Shown piece after piece: positions 27,746-38,240 of a stretch of 64,000 bases of DNA (positions within the stretch are counted from its first letter, which is position 1; each line of letters opens with the position of its first letter). Origin of the DNA: Lytechinus pictus (Eukaryota); assembly GCF_037042905.1 (NCBI RefSeq), contig NC_087245.1:28956001-29020000 (forward strand), written 5' to 3'. The notes beneath the pieces are model-generated. The model was not told the DNA's origin and searched no databases. It saw nothing but the letters and a program-made list of their open reading frames with translations. The translations under genes and the position numbers were made by a program.

Positions 27746-28803
27746 ATGGCGGCACAGCATAAAGAAGGTCTGAAAGCATTCTGTATATTGTGTGGCAAGC
27801 AGAATGCTATGCTTGCAGATAGACTTCCGTATAAGAAGGAGAAATTCAGCAGGTTTATTTCGGCAGCATTGCAGATTGACGTGGAAGCAGATGACTGCAT
27901 GGTCCATCCTCCATTCATATGTAAATCATGTGAGCGGAAACTCGATAGGTTCCGAAAGACAAAGGCACAGAAGAATATTATTGATGTCAATATTCCTGTC
28001 TTTAATTTTGTGCAGAATACAGCATATGTCAACATGTGAACACTGCTAACATCGATGACATCACCTCATCATGTGCGGAGCATCTTTCTTTTGTGGGAAT
28101 GTGTATGAGCAGGCAGGCAGATAGAACATTATTCATTAGTATATCTGTTCAAGACAAAGATGTCACCACCATACCCAAATGTGTAACTATCTACAACGAG
28201 GCAACGTGGCATGTTTCGATAGTTGGCAAAGAATTGAAACAGGATCACCCCATCCTTGGGCACTTACCCGCAATTCTTGACAAAGATTCAGCAAAAGATT
28301 TAGTGATGACTGCTGGAGCCATCAAAATATGTAGTGGTAACCCAGACTTTGTTGAGTTTATGGTAGACAGGAGCAGCATTGGAATACCCTCAACAACATT
28401 TTTCATTTGTTCCTTTTACAAGAAATCTGTTCGGCTCAAACACTGTAAGTTGGTGGAAGAAGGGAAGGACAGATGCTCTGTTTGTTCAGTCGGCAGAGGA
28501 GATCTCATGTCTTGGAGGGACAAAAAGCAGAAGGACGAAGATACAACATCACCGTCTTCTTCAACAAAGCTATCTTACTTGTCTCGTGCGCAACTGAAGA
28601 TTCGTACCCAAAAACTCCATAAAGAGAAGGGGAAAACAGAAAAGAAACTTGTCTCTCTCCACAAGCAAGTTGCTGCACGTTTTGAACGCAGTCATTTTAT
28701 CAAAAGGGATAATAGTCAGAATACTGTCATTGAGGATCTGGTTACAAGGAGCACTGATGAGCTGGAAGTGGTGCTTTCTCCTAACACTGCAGCATGGTAC
28801 TAG
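27746..28803 (+). pseudogene. Transposase N-terminal half: RAG1-N/Chapaev-type zinc finger joined to a P-element/THAP9-like region; one frameshift near 28012; truncated
   Basis: HKEGLKAFCILCG..IDVEADDCMVHPPFICKSC, then WHVSIVG..ICSGNPDF..SVRLKHCKL..RCSVCSVGR..TSPSSSTKLSYLS and a coiled coil. Confidence 0.7.
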
Positions 28804-28809
28804 TAGGTC

Positions 28810-29288
28810 CAGGGACTCAATTTTAAGGCGCGCGAGAGCGATCGCGCGCTACATGCGCGCCTTAATCCATTTTAGGTAGCGCGATTAATAGCGCGCCTCG
28901 CGATCGCTGAGCTGCGCGTGGCTGGCTAGTGAGCGATCCGATCCGAGGCTAGGTGCTAGGCAACCCCGATCTAGTGGAATGGACTTTGAAGATTAGCACA
29001 TTTGATTTGAAAGAAAACGAAAAGAAAAACAAAATGAGTAACAGTAAATCCAAAGTGACAATCTTGACTGTCAAGAGCTGGGGGTTCGGGGTTGGGTTCG
29101 AGACGGAAACAACTGCAGAGGGTATCACATATGCGACTAAAATCTGGTGCGAGACATTCAGAAGACAGGGAGCAAAAATAAAGTGTGATCCTTGAATACG
29201 TGGAGTGGCAGAGAAGGCAGCGAGTACGTACATCCATGGAACGACCTTTATTACGAAACACAATGTGAGCAGGCATTTTGGGGGAAAG
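28810..29288 (+). mobile_element. hAT left end and first coding exon (ZNF862-like hAT transposase N-terminus)
   Basis: CAGGGACTCAATTTTAAG terminus with CpG-rich subterminal repeats; ATG at 29034; KIWCETF..YIHGTTFITKHNVSRH; donor AAG|GTAAG at 29288; internal stop. Confidence 0.65.
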
Positions 29289-30139
29289 GTAAGCTTGTTA
29301 TTCTCTCAATTTTCGTTTAATGGTATTTTCGCACTACTACTAATATTACCATGATTTAAATACGGTTTTGAAGTGGATTCTAGACTTATTTTAATTTTAT
29401 ATCTAGGCTACCGTACCGAAGTCTATCCCGACACATTTGGGTGGTTGTGGCTCGCGCGTACGGGGCGAAGCTCCATAGTTTCGTCCTCCTCCGGCCGGAA
29501 GACAGGAGCTTCGCCGGCCACTTGTCAGGCGCAAGCAGTGATCCTCTACCGCTCTCCTTAAAAGTTCTAGGAGAGCTTTTTATTATCTTAACTCTTGGAC
29601 GGTACTGTATGGTACTTCATATACAGTGTGAGAAAATAATGCGCAATTTAAAAGAGATGAGAATTAAATGAGATCAATGGGACGATAGATATTGGTGTTT
29701 AACTAATGAGGCCCCTTGATATAAAATATTCCCCCTATATGTAAGATATTAAAATCTAACCCGCCAGGGCTTACTTCCGGCCCCAAAATACTGATATCTC
29801 AGAATTTTACTTCTCCCTCTTTTTCTAGGTCAATTGCGATACAAGAGCCATGTTCTTATGAAAACTTGGGTGCTGACAGCTTTAAAGAGCTTCTGAGGGT
29901 GGAGTTTCCTGCTTTGCAGAATCAACCATTTCATTTCTGCAAGGCATGAGTCGAAGGAGCTGGTAAGTCTGCCAGTCAACGTAAACACAGCAGCACTTAT
30001 ATACAAATATCGAAGGAACAAGCATTTCAAACTCTACATTCCACCTGGACAGGTGAAAGGACACAGTTTCGGGAGAGTGCGAAACTTGATCATTGGTGGA
30101 ACACCATTTGAAAGAATTGTCCTGCCTTGAAAAAAGACT

Positions 30140-30610
30140 ATTCGTCTACTTTACGATTGGCTGCTTGTCACCGACTCCGAGGCAAAACTCCTCTCTCACA
30201 TCTCCCTACTCCTCCGGGTAACCCAGGAGTTAGGGTTTGTTGTAAACTGGGAGAAGTCAGATCTTACTCCGACCTGCATTCCCACTTATTTGGGCTCAGA
30301 ATTGGACATCCCCAACCAGATTGCCCAGCCCAGTGCCGACAGGGTTCAGTCAATCACTTCTCTCACTCGCTACGTGAAGGCCCATACCTGGTTGCGACTG
30401 CTGGGCTTCATGGCCAGCCTAATTGACATCCTTTTGGGTTGCCGACTTCACATGAGGCCATTCCAGAGACAGCTTCTGCGCCACTACAAACCTGGCGCAG
30501 ACTCACTGTAGTTATGGATCCCCCTCCTGGGGGACATCCGATGCAGTTAAGCTCCCTGGACCCGCACGTTGTTTGTGGCTTGGGGCAAGCCCTTTCGCAC
30601 CCTTTTTCCG
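30140..30610 (+). mobile_element. DIRS1-type retrotransposon RT fragment
   Basis: Broken YLDDWLLV followed by LGFVVNWEKSDLTPT..YLG..WLRLLGFMASL..RLHMRPFQ. Confidence 0.85.
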
Positions 30611-31019
30611 TCCGGAGAGTTCAAGATGGTTATGATGGAATGACAAACATTATGGAAAGAATGATTGGTAATCTTCCGTCACAGTCTAATAATATGCAGG
30701 CAGAGGACCTCGGGTGGAACAGAGTTTCAGCATAAGGAACAATGTAATAAATCCTAAGACAAACTGACTTGACACAACAGACATTCAAGACAATCCAAAA
30801 AGGAAAATATGAATTACAGGCAAACGGTTACGATAATAAATTCTTAAGGCATCTGTAAATGTACTTTCTATTCTGGCTGCTACCTCTGAAGTTAGGTTAA
30901 CTTTGTATCATATCTTGCATTTTGTATGTAGTGGATTTTCTATTAGTTGTATTGTCATCAATTTTATGCTTGGGAAAATAGATTTGAGTTAATAATTTTC
31001 TCACAAGTTTAATCAAAGC

Positions 31020-31299
31020 ATCATGCTGCCTTAGAAACATCATATAAAGAAATATGAAGAAAGATATTCAAGCGCTGGAGGAAAAGCAGAGGAAAGCAGA
31101 TGAGGCGCTCATGGAGAAAGACTGGCAAAGAAGGATGACTGTCGAAGACAAGAGGAGAGAGGCTGGAGAGTTCAAGATGGTTATGATGGCTATGATGGAA
31201 AGACAAACGAACATTATGGAAAGAATGATTGGTAATCTTCCATCACAGTCTAATAATATGCAGGCAGAGGACTTCGGGTGGAACAGAGTTTCAGCATAA
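31020..31299 (+). pseudogene. Coiled-coil C-terminal fragment resembling a Harbinger Myb/SANT partner protein; 3' part duplicated at 30614-30898
   Basis: EEKQRKADEALMEKDWQRRMTVEDKRRE..MMAMMERQTNIMERM; the assignment rests on composition only. Confidence 0.35.
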
Positions 31300-31498
31300 G
31301 GAACAATGTAATAAATTCCCAAGACAAACTGACTTGACACAAAAAACATTTAAGACAATCCAAAAATGAAAATATGAATTACAGGCATACGGTTACGATG
31401 ATAAATTCTTAAGGCATCTGTAAATGTACTTTCTATTCTGGCTGCTACTTCTGAAGTTGGGTTTTTGTATTGTTTGTAGTACATTTTTTTTTCTACAG

Positions 31499-32055
31499 AG
31501 TCCCGGAGAGAGCAAATGTCCCCACCCTACTCTTTTGGTTCTGAGAGAGGTCCTCAAAGATTTTGTTGGTTTCCCTGCTAATGATCTGTGCATTGAGAGA
31601 TGTCAACAACAACAGCAAGTCCCAAAGATTTGAAGGCCAGTCCAAGAATGGTTCATATAGTACTAGCTTCTTTCATGACAAAGGAAAAGGTGCTACAGGG
31701 CTGTATTGGGAAGATCAAGGCATCAAAATATGAGGAGAGGAATTTGTCTGTGTCTGATGATTTTTCAAAGAAAGTCCTAGAAAGTTTAAGGGCAAGATGG
31801 ATGCCCAAGAACTTGTGGAAGTCTCAGTGGGAAGATTTAAGTTATTTTACAAGGTACTCCTCTAATAGGAGTCGCTATTCCTGTTAAGAACTCTTTTAGT
31901 TAAAATTAATGCTTTGTCACAAGACAAAAGTGGTAGATTTTTCATACTGAATGGTATCTTTAATGAGCTTCCATTTTCAATTGTAAATATCTACACCCCA
32001 AATAATGATGATCCTGATTTTCTTTTAAAAGTATTGGCAGAGGTTGACGAATTTT
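31499..32055 (+). mobile_element. L1/Tx1 fragment: ORF1 end fused to part of the ORF2 AP-endonuclease
   Basis: CIERC..PRMVHIVLASFMTKEKVL..LSVSDDFSKKV; LWKSQW; DKSGRFFILNG..IVNIYTPNNDDPDF. Confidence 0.8.
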
Positions 32056-32057
32056 GA

Positions 32058-32760
32058 GATGGCATTCCTCTGCAAGAAGTGTGGCAAGAGATACCAGACA
32101 AGGAAAGGCCTTCTCAACCATGAGAAGAAAATGCATCAAGGAGTGCCTGATGACAGAGTACTACCGCTTCAAGCATGCACGATGGGGTCGTCAATTATTC
32201 CAAGTGTGCACTAGGATGGAAATTAGCCCTCGACGTCACTGACGCCAAACAGATGGCTGATGGAGAGCGCATCATTCAACCCTAAAAGCAGCTTTTGCTG
32301 CATAAGACAGGCAACAAGCTCAAATATGCACATCAGATCTTGCAACTTCTGCCAAAGGTGAAGTGCTTTCTGACCCCTAGATTATGTTATGAGCTAATCT
32401 GGAACTGCTCCATAAATACCAAAGGCCTACAAAACACTAATGTAGAACTTGACTGGACGATGAAGCATCACAATAGGGTGTTTAAGGAGCATCATAGAGG
32501 ACTCCATAGCAAGGTGTCTCAGAAAAGCATGGACAGAATCAGCCACATTGCACAGGCAGTGCATGAAGTTCTCGCTAATGTAGACATAACAACTAGAATT
32601 TAGGAAACCTTCCAAGCGCCAACACATCGGCAAGGAAGATGTATCTTCTCTTGCACAGGAACTTCACCAAGAGAGGATCTTTGAATTGCGTCCAGGGAGG
32701 AATCACTCAAAGTTTCCAGAATTCCCTGGAAGCTTTTTACATGTGCACATCAGCCCCAGC
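32058..32760 (+). mobile_element. DUF6589/Academ-type transposase C-terminal fragment with a C2H2 finger
   Basis: FLCKKCGKRYQTRKGLLNHEKKMH; DGVVNYS..DAKQMADGERII..KYAHQILQLL..LIWNCSINTKG..NVELDWTMKHHNRVFK. Confidence 0.7.
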
Positions 32761-32938
32761 TCTCCATTGATGGATCGGTATGAGCATGGGGTCACTCTCA
32801 TGACAACATCAATTCCAACTGCAATGAGTGCTGAAGTTTAGAATGTAAATTACAAAGATTTTATTTTTGTTACTGATATACATGTATATCAGAGTAGAAA
32901 CTGACATCAAAATTTTGTACAATAAAAACATCTGTTAA

Positions 32939-33107
32939 AGCGACCAGAAACTGGTAAACACTGGTTGACGCCATCTACAGCTTTTGCCAAAAGGATGCCA
33001 CAGAGTGCGTCGGACTAGCACATGGCGTGTGTCGAAAAATGTTATGTATGAGTGAATGGAGGAAGACGTAGATGGCGTCAACCAGTGTTCGCCAGTTTCT
33101 GGTCGCT
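32939..33107. mobile_element. Kolobok-type MITE, TTAA TSD
   Basis: TTAA|AGCGACCAGAAACTGG..ACACTGGTTGACGCCATCTAC with inverse copy ending at 33107|TTAA. Confidence 0.85.
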
Positions 33108-33232
33108 TTAATTATAGGCCCAGATTTTCTTCTTTTTTTTGGGGGGGGGGGCTTTATTATGATGTGAATTACACACATCATGATCAAGCTACCCCCCCAA
33201 AAAAAGCCTTCTTTCTTCTTTCTTTCTTTCAG

Positions 33233-33632
33233 GTACTTGCTGGAAAAAAATGCCGCGACCAGCTAAGAAACATAAACGGGCAATGCCCGAGAAAATGGGC
33301 AAGATTCATCAATACCTGACTGACAATTTTGAAGTCTTCCCTGAACAATTGACAGATCTGAAGAATGGACACTTGCTACTTCTTTACACCAATAATGACA
33401 ATTCAGTTGGAAAAACAATCAAGCTTGTTGGAGAAAAGCTATCATGTAGATTCACTCATGCCCAGCTGCGGTCTCTACTTAACCAAGCTAAGAAATTTAA
33501 ACATGTAGATACTGATGCCCTCATGAAAAAATACAAGAGCCTGTGCTGTGATCCATTTCCTTCATTTGATCATAATGTCACCCAACTACAGGTGCCAGAG
33601 TCTTCAGAGCCTCAACTTTACATCTTCACATG
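33233..33632 (+). other. Orphan open exon, about 128 codons from ATG 33250; product unknown, probably transposon-derived
   Basis: Polypyrimidine acceptor tttcAG at 33232; donor ATG|GTAAGT at 33632; no internal stop. Confidence 0.45.
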
Positions 33633-34795
33633 GTAAGTACAAATGGATCTTCGTACAGTCATAAATTTGAAGATCAGAAAGATATACTTTCAAATAATTG
33701 AATCAAAATTTTAACTAATGTAAGCTTTTACATGTACATGTATATCACAGACTCTGATCTAAATTAATGACATGAAATGATGTATGTTTTAATATGTCAC
33801 GTTACAATGTACCCAACAAAATAATTATGGCCTTCAAGAAATAAATAATGAAATTAAAGGCAAACAGACTCATACAATTATTCTTTTTCTTAAAATAGAT
33901 TTTGTGCAGATCTGTGCCATATAACATTATGAATTTTGATAAATGTGCTAATCGATAATAGCCAATCAGGATCTTTGTTGCATAATGCACTTGTCAATGT
34001 AAAGACCCACCCTGCTACCCCCGACTTGGGTGCGTCTTTTCAACAATCTGCTACTTCATTTTCGCGAAGCCCTTGGGAATTTACATAAATAGAATGATAG
34101 GATATGATCCTTTTTAAGCCACTCAATGCAACAGTTTCCTACCTCCCCCCTTAATTTATTTGTTGTCCCATACTAGGTGATCGTATATTGTAATGTTGAT
34201 TATTGTCAGGAAACTGTATTACTGATTCTGTCAATCATGTATTTGTACTTATTATATCATATCATGTTACATTGTACGTGTATGAGTAAGTATACTGGGT
34301 ATAAAGTTGTGGCGAGGGACTCGATACCTTCCTGTCTTGCTCAACAAAGTAGGAGTCATGCAGTCATGGTAAACATTGAAAAAGAGAAAATGAAAAAAGA
34401 AGAAGATTGGAACCACCACATTTTAGACAAAAATTGAGTATATCAAAAAGTAAAGGTGAGGCACACTGAGATGGGCATCTTCTTTGACGGAATTGTTTTA
34501 CAAGGGGTGTTTTATAAGCTTAAGTAATTAACTCTATATTGGGTTCGAGGTGAAGGCGCCCATTCGCCTCTTAGGACTGCCACGTCCATTGTTCTGACCT
34601 GCACCCTGGATGGATGGTTGATATTCATGTTCCCGCATGTGCAGATGAATTGGTTCAAGGCAGTTGAGAAGTCGTGGCTGTGGAATACATGCTAGCGCAG
34701 ACAAAATAATGTTTTAGCCCGGGTTCCTCAAACTCAGGAAGTAGGTCAATGCATTCAGTATTGTAGAGTGCTATACAAATAATGAATGTTTATGA

Positions 34796-34915
34796 GTGCG
34801 ATGGACAGAAGACTTCATGAGGTGAAAGATGAAATGATCCATTTAACGAGGCGTAGCCGAGTTGAATGGATCATTATTTCATCTTTCACCGAATGAAGTA
34901 TTCTGTCCATTGCAC
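34796..34915. repeat. About 120-bp palindrome with a GAGGCGTAGCCGA loop, Crypton-like terminal structure
   Basis: Arms GTGCGATGGACAGAA..GGTGAAAGATGAAATGATCCATTTAAC and the inverse. Confidence 0.6.
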
Positions 34916-35841
34916 GAATGAAAAAACATTCATTATTTTGTTTATATGACACCTAAAAAATGATTTTTTTTTTTCATATGAAATTCATGCAAAACATGCT
35001 CATGCAGTGCGAGTTCGGTCTGTTGTTACGTCATTACAAAATGCGCAAATAAAAGATGTTATGCTTCTCTAGCTATAATGGAGATTTGAATAGATGGATC
35101 GTATCTGTATTGCTTACTGTTCATTACAAAGAGTCATGCAGAGCTCACTGACGAGTGAAATGATTCAGGTTTTATATAACTTTTGAAGATATGGTGGTCG
35201 TTACATTGGCCTGGAATTTACATTATGACTTGGTTCTGGATTATCTTTTGATATTATACCATGATACACCGCATATCACTTTTGCTCTGTTATTTGTTGT
35301 TTGTCTTGTGGAAAGTAATTATATTTAAATGTTTTTTTCCTTTGAATTCCTTTAGGTATGGAGTCTACCAGTGAGGAAGTCCCTATAGAAATAGAAAGAT
35401 CAAGACTCCCGGTCCTTGCGATGGCGCGAGCGATCCTCCCCAAGCGTTCCCTAGCAATGTTTACAAAGGGTTCAGTGAGACACCATACATGTAGAACAGG
35501 TAGCCAGAACTTCCTCTTCTTTAAGGAAAACGACAGAGATTAAGGGTTACACCAATCGGGAAAATAGCGCCAACAAATCCATATGTACAACAGTAGTAAA
35601 AGATTGTCCACTGTTGGAGATTTAGGAAGTTGGTTTTGGAAAGCCCATGAAAAAAAAAATAGCCGGTAGAGATTGTGAATCATTTACACAGAATTGTGTG
35701 TGTAGGCTGCATTTGACTTTTAAAAAATCTAGTCTATAATATGCTGGAATATTTTGTTCTTATAGCTATATAATTATCTGTATTCATTTCTAGCAAGAGC
35801 CATCCATCACTCGAACAGAGAAATCTCAAAAAGGGTTTTAA

Positions 35842-38240
35842 AGGTTCCATGACACAGAAATCATTCATTTTAGAAGTAAGCATTTTCAGTAGTTTTTCGT
35901 GCAAAACACGAATCTGTCATCGTTTTCCTCGCTCGGCTTACAGGTTTCGAGTAATTCCTTGAAAATGAACTTCAACAGGAACGCCCACTTTATTTTTGAG
36001 AAAAATCGGCAAATCGAGCTGTCAATCATTGTGACGTCACCTGAAGAACGATCGATCGCGTTTGCCCAACTTCCGGGTTCATTATTCAGCTTTATTTCGT
36101 ACACGCTCGCTTGCTACTCAACTTTGTTTCGACGAATATTTCATCCAATTGCTTCAATTTTTTTGGTATTTTTGAGACATCATGCCATCATCGGATTCTT
36201 CAGACGTTGATTAAGGGTCTGAGTACTCGTTTACTGACTCATCAGATTCTGGTAGCAGTTTAGACGATAAAATTGAGGGGATTGTACCTTACAGATTCGA
36301 GCCGGAGGCAGGATCAGATGAGGTGGAAGAAGAAGTTGTAGTCGACAACCTACGTCAAGAGAGACTTGAAAACAATTTCTGGTACGTCAATTCTGAACTT
36401 TCATGCTTTCCAATACTTATATTTGCTTACTTTTTGTTTGCCACGGTATTTCTCGGTTCATTTTACATCGGAATAATTTCAAAAATTTGACCGCAACTCG
36501 CCGCCTTCTTTCCCGGCCAGCCTATGGCTACGGCAGAGCGAAGGCTGTAAAGCTTGGCCGTAAAATTCGGCAAGCGTTCAACTAACTTTGCCGTTCGCGG
36601 GACGATTCAGACCCGGGGAAAAATGGGCTCCGCAGCCGAAGGCTATGCCGGTAGAAGGTGATTTGCGTCATGATCAGAGTGTCCACATGTTTATGCACAC
36701 ATTTGTTATTGCACAACAAAAAATGTTGCAATAGAGCTGGTCTCTTGTGAAAATCACCGCTGAATTTTATTTAAGTCAGAAAATATAGAACGAATTTACT
36801 GATGGCTGAAATGATTGCTTATTTTCCTTATGCCTTTCATTCAATCATCTCTAACTAAGGCTAAGCCTAAGGTTTCTAGCGTCCATTAAATTTAAAGCCC
36901 TGAATTTAATATTGAGATTCTCTTCCTGGACTTTAAATCCAAATATGGTAATTAAAAAAGAAAAGGAAGAGAAGAAGAAAGAGAAGAGAAAAGCAATGAA
37001 TTTGTTTGCAACTGTCTCTTAATTTGTATATTTACAGGTGTTCATGCAGTGGGGACTGTGCACCAATGCCCATCGTCCGCGAGTGTGTGTGCTGCAAAGA
37101 GATCGCAGAGGTTGTCCAGAAGATGGATTCTTTCAACGGTGGTGAACTTGATTGCATCACAAACCATCCAGGATTTGAGGGGGTTTGTCTCAACCCCTGG
37201 GTCCTGGAGACGGCCTATTACCACTACCGGCAGCAGTATGGAGGAGGAGGAGGTCGCAATGATGCGACAGAGAATGAGTATGTACATGTATATGTTCATG
37301 AAATATGCAATAATGTGAATCAGAGCAGTAAAGGAAATGAAATTAAAAAAAACACATTTTTTTAGGACTAGTTTGTTTTGTTTAATTTAGGACACGATTA
37401 CTTTTTAGGGAAATTGGAAAGGATTATGGGTACTTGGATTGATTTGATTGATTCAAGAACTATCAAAAAAATTCAGTTGAATAAATAACCTCCCCAATTT
37501 TTACGTAGTTTCCATTTAACAAAACTACGCAGCTGGAGCCTTATTCATTCACTCTGTTGAGATGACATTTTTTTTCCACTCTACTTGCAGGAAGAACCAT
37601 CATGTGGCTTATCGTCAACTTGCCCGCTGGTGCTGGGGTTTCCTGGGACGAGCAGTAAGGGTCCCCCTTCCATCGTGCGCCGTGAGAGTGATCAGGGATA
37701 CCTTCCCATCAGAAGTCTACCGTGGCTTCCAGGAGCTATGATGTAACCAAGTAAAGCCAGCCCTTTGGATGTAAGAGACTGTATGATGATCACCTTTTTT
37801 TTTAATTGCAATCTTATTGTTTTTTAATGGTTATTTTTTTAGATAATAAAGTTGAAAAATAACAAACACTTCATTGTGTCTTTCATTATTTGTTTACTGG
37901 TGTGTTACCAGAAAGGATGTGTCCTGTGCAGTGATTGGAAAGAATATATGAGAAGTTGATATTACTATTACAGGAAAAATTCATGGACTTATTTGTTAAA
38001 TAATGCAGATTATATATATTTTTTTAAATTGTACTTCAGTCATGTGAATGAGAGAATAAGGGGGAAAATTATTCAAGAAAATGATAGTATATGAGAATGC
38101 ATATTGAAAGAAAAACTATTAAGTGTATATGACATAACTTGTCAGTAGCATATCTAGTTGGAGCAAAGGTGCACATAATCTACACATAAGCACCATATTT
38201 AATTGCATTTACCAAGATAAAACAAATACCTACATGTACA
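35842..38240 (+). mobile_element. Truncated Kolobok DNA transposon, KolX-side end
   Basis: TTAA|AGGTTCCATGACACAG terminus 340 bp upstream of a KolX-like gene; no matching second end or transposase seen. Confidence 0.55.
36182..37741 (+). pseudogene. Three-exon KolX / P2X7-ballast / nanor-like Cys-rich gene; exons 36182-36381, 37038-37277, 37591-37741; TAA at codon 11
   Basis: IVPYRFEP..NNFW|CSCSGDCAPMPIVRECVCCKE..CITNHPGFEGVCLNPWVL..E|KNHHVAYRQLARWCWGFLGRAVRVPLPSCAVRVIRDTFPSEVYRGF; both GT-AG introns are phase-compatible. Confidence 0.85.

Noticed and set aside
27692..28803. True RAG1/RAG1L or ProtoRAG locus
   Set aside because: No RING, nonamer-binding or RAG1 core sequence, no RAG2-like ORF, and no RSS-like CACAGTG termini seen
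37006..37365. P2X7 purinoceptor gene
   Set aside because: Only the ballast-like domain is present; there are no transmembrane or ectodomain exons, and it sits behind a Kolobok-like end
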